Positions 63,232 through 63,972 of a stretch of 63,972 nt of DNA are shown here, piece by piece. Positions within the stretch are counted from its first letter, which is position 1. Each line of letters starts with the position of its first letter. Below the pieces are notes generated by a model that made no database searches, had not been told where the DNA came from, and saw nothing but the letters and a program-made list of their open reading frames with translations. Both the position numbers and the translations under genes were made by a program. Origin of the DNA: Chara braunii (Eukaryota; Plantae; Charophyceae); assembly GCA_003427395.1 (NCBI GenBank), contig BFEA01000037.1:2990021-3053992 (forward strand), in the 5' to 3' direction.

Positions 63232-63972
63232 GTATATTATATATTGTCACACTGTGAATCGGATCACAAAGGCGGAAAAAGACAAAACAAGAAAAGGAAA
63301 AGAAGGAAGGAAGGAAAGCCCCACCTGTTCATCGCCTCTTAGGTACAAGGCCAGCCACGTGGATGACAAGTTGAGGGCTGGCTGCCCCCATCCCCGTGCG
63401 TCACAAGGACCCACTTGCACGCACCCAAAAGGCAAAGAGGTAAAGAAAAGGAGGAAACCAAACCTGACAGGGAAAGAAAGTCTTTCAGTCAAACAAAGCA
63501 AATGACACATCCCACATATAATCCAATTGACAGATTCTCTGCTTCTTTTCCTTTACCTTTTCCCTGTTGCTGGGGTATTCCGTTTTGCGGGCCTACTGTA
63601 TGGTTCCGTTTTTTGACTATGGATATGGTTATGGTAGAATTTGTTTTGCTGATCTTGTCTGTTTCCCGGTTGGTTTGGTCCCGTTGTTCGGGCTATTTCA
63701 TGGGCGTGGCGGTGCTTTCACGTGGGACCAGTCATTCGGGTTTTTGGCATCCTGGTTGGTGGTTTCCCGTTGTTCGGCCTTTTAAGCGGAGGGGCGGTNC
63801 TTGTATGTGNGAATCGTCATCCNGGATCGTCTTCTCTTTTTAGGTTGTCACACTGTGGATCGGAGCTATTTTACTATACTATGGATATGGTAGAATTTGT
63901 CTTGGTGGTGATTTTGGCACCCTTGTCTGCACCCCGGTTGGTTTAGTTCCGTCGTTCGGCCTGTGCGGGGGC

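Overview
Repeat-dominated eukaryotic nuclear DNA from a green plant. A streptophyte alga such as Chara is my inference from the RbcS sequence, the dense (CA)n/(GA)n/(TA)n/(ATTG)n microsatellites and the TE content. Only one intact host gene is supportable: an intronless rbcS at 60641-61207. The rest is nested mobile DNA: (1) two related Ty3/gypsy LTR elements in opposite orientation and an older decayed gypsy; (2) a decayed hAT transposase; (3) a non-autonomous TIR family with 8-bp TSDs and several MITEs; (4) two SINEs inserted at the same site of a 25S rRNA fragment; (5) a mitochondrial SSU rRNA fragment and two U6 fragments; (6) a Penelope-like element with an N-terminal GIY-YIG domain and hammerhead-bearing pseudo-LTRs, inserted in (CT)n. 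The most interesting signal is a non-coding family carrying a type III hammerhead ribozyme (monomer about 425 nt). It inserts in (TA)n, has a fixed 3' end and variable 5' truncation, and one copy starts exactly at the predicted self-cleavage site. A block of unrecognised, same-strand, internally paralogous decayed ORFs at about 41.7-48.6 kb may be viral in origin. All calls come from reading the sequence by eye; no searches were run.
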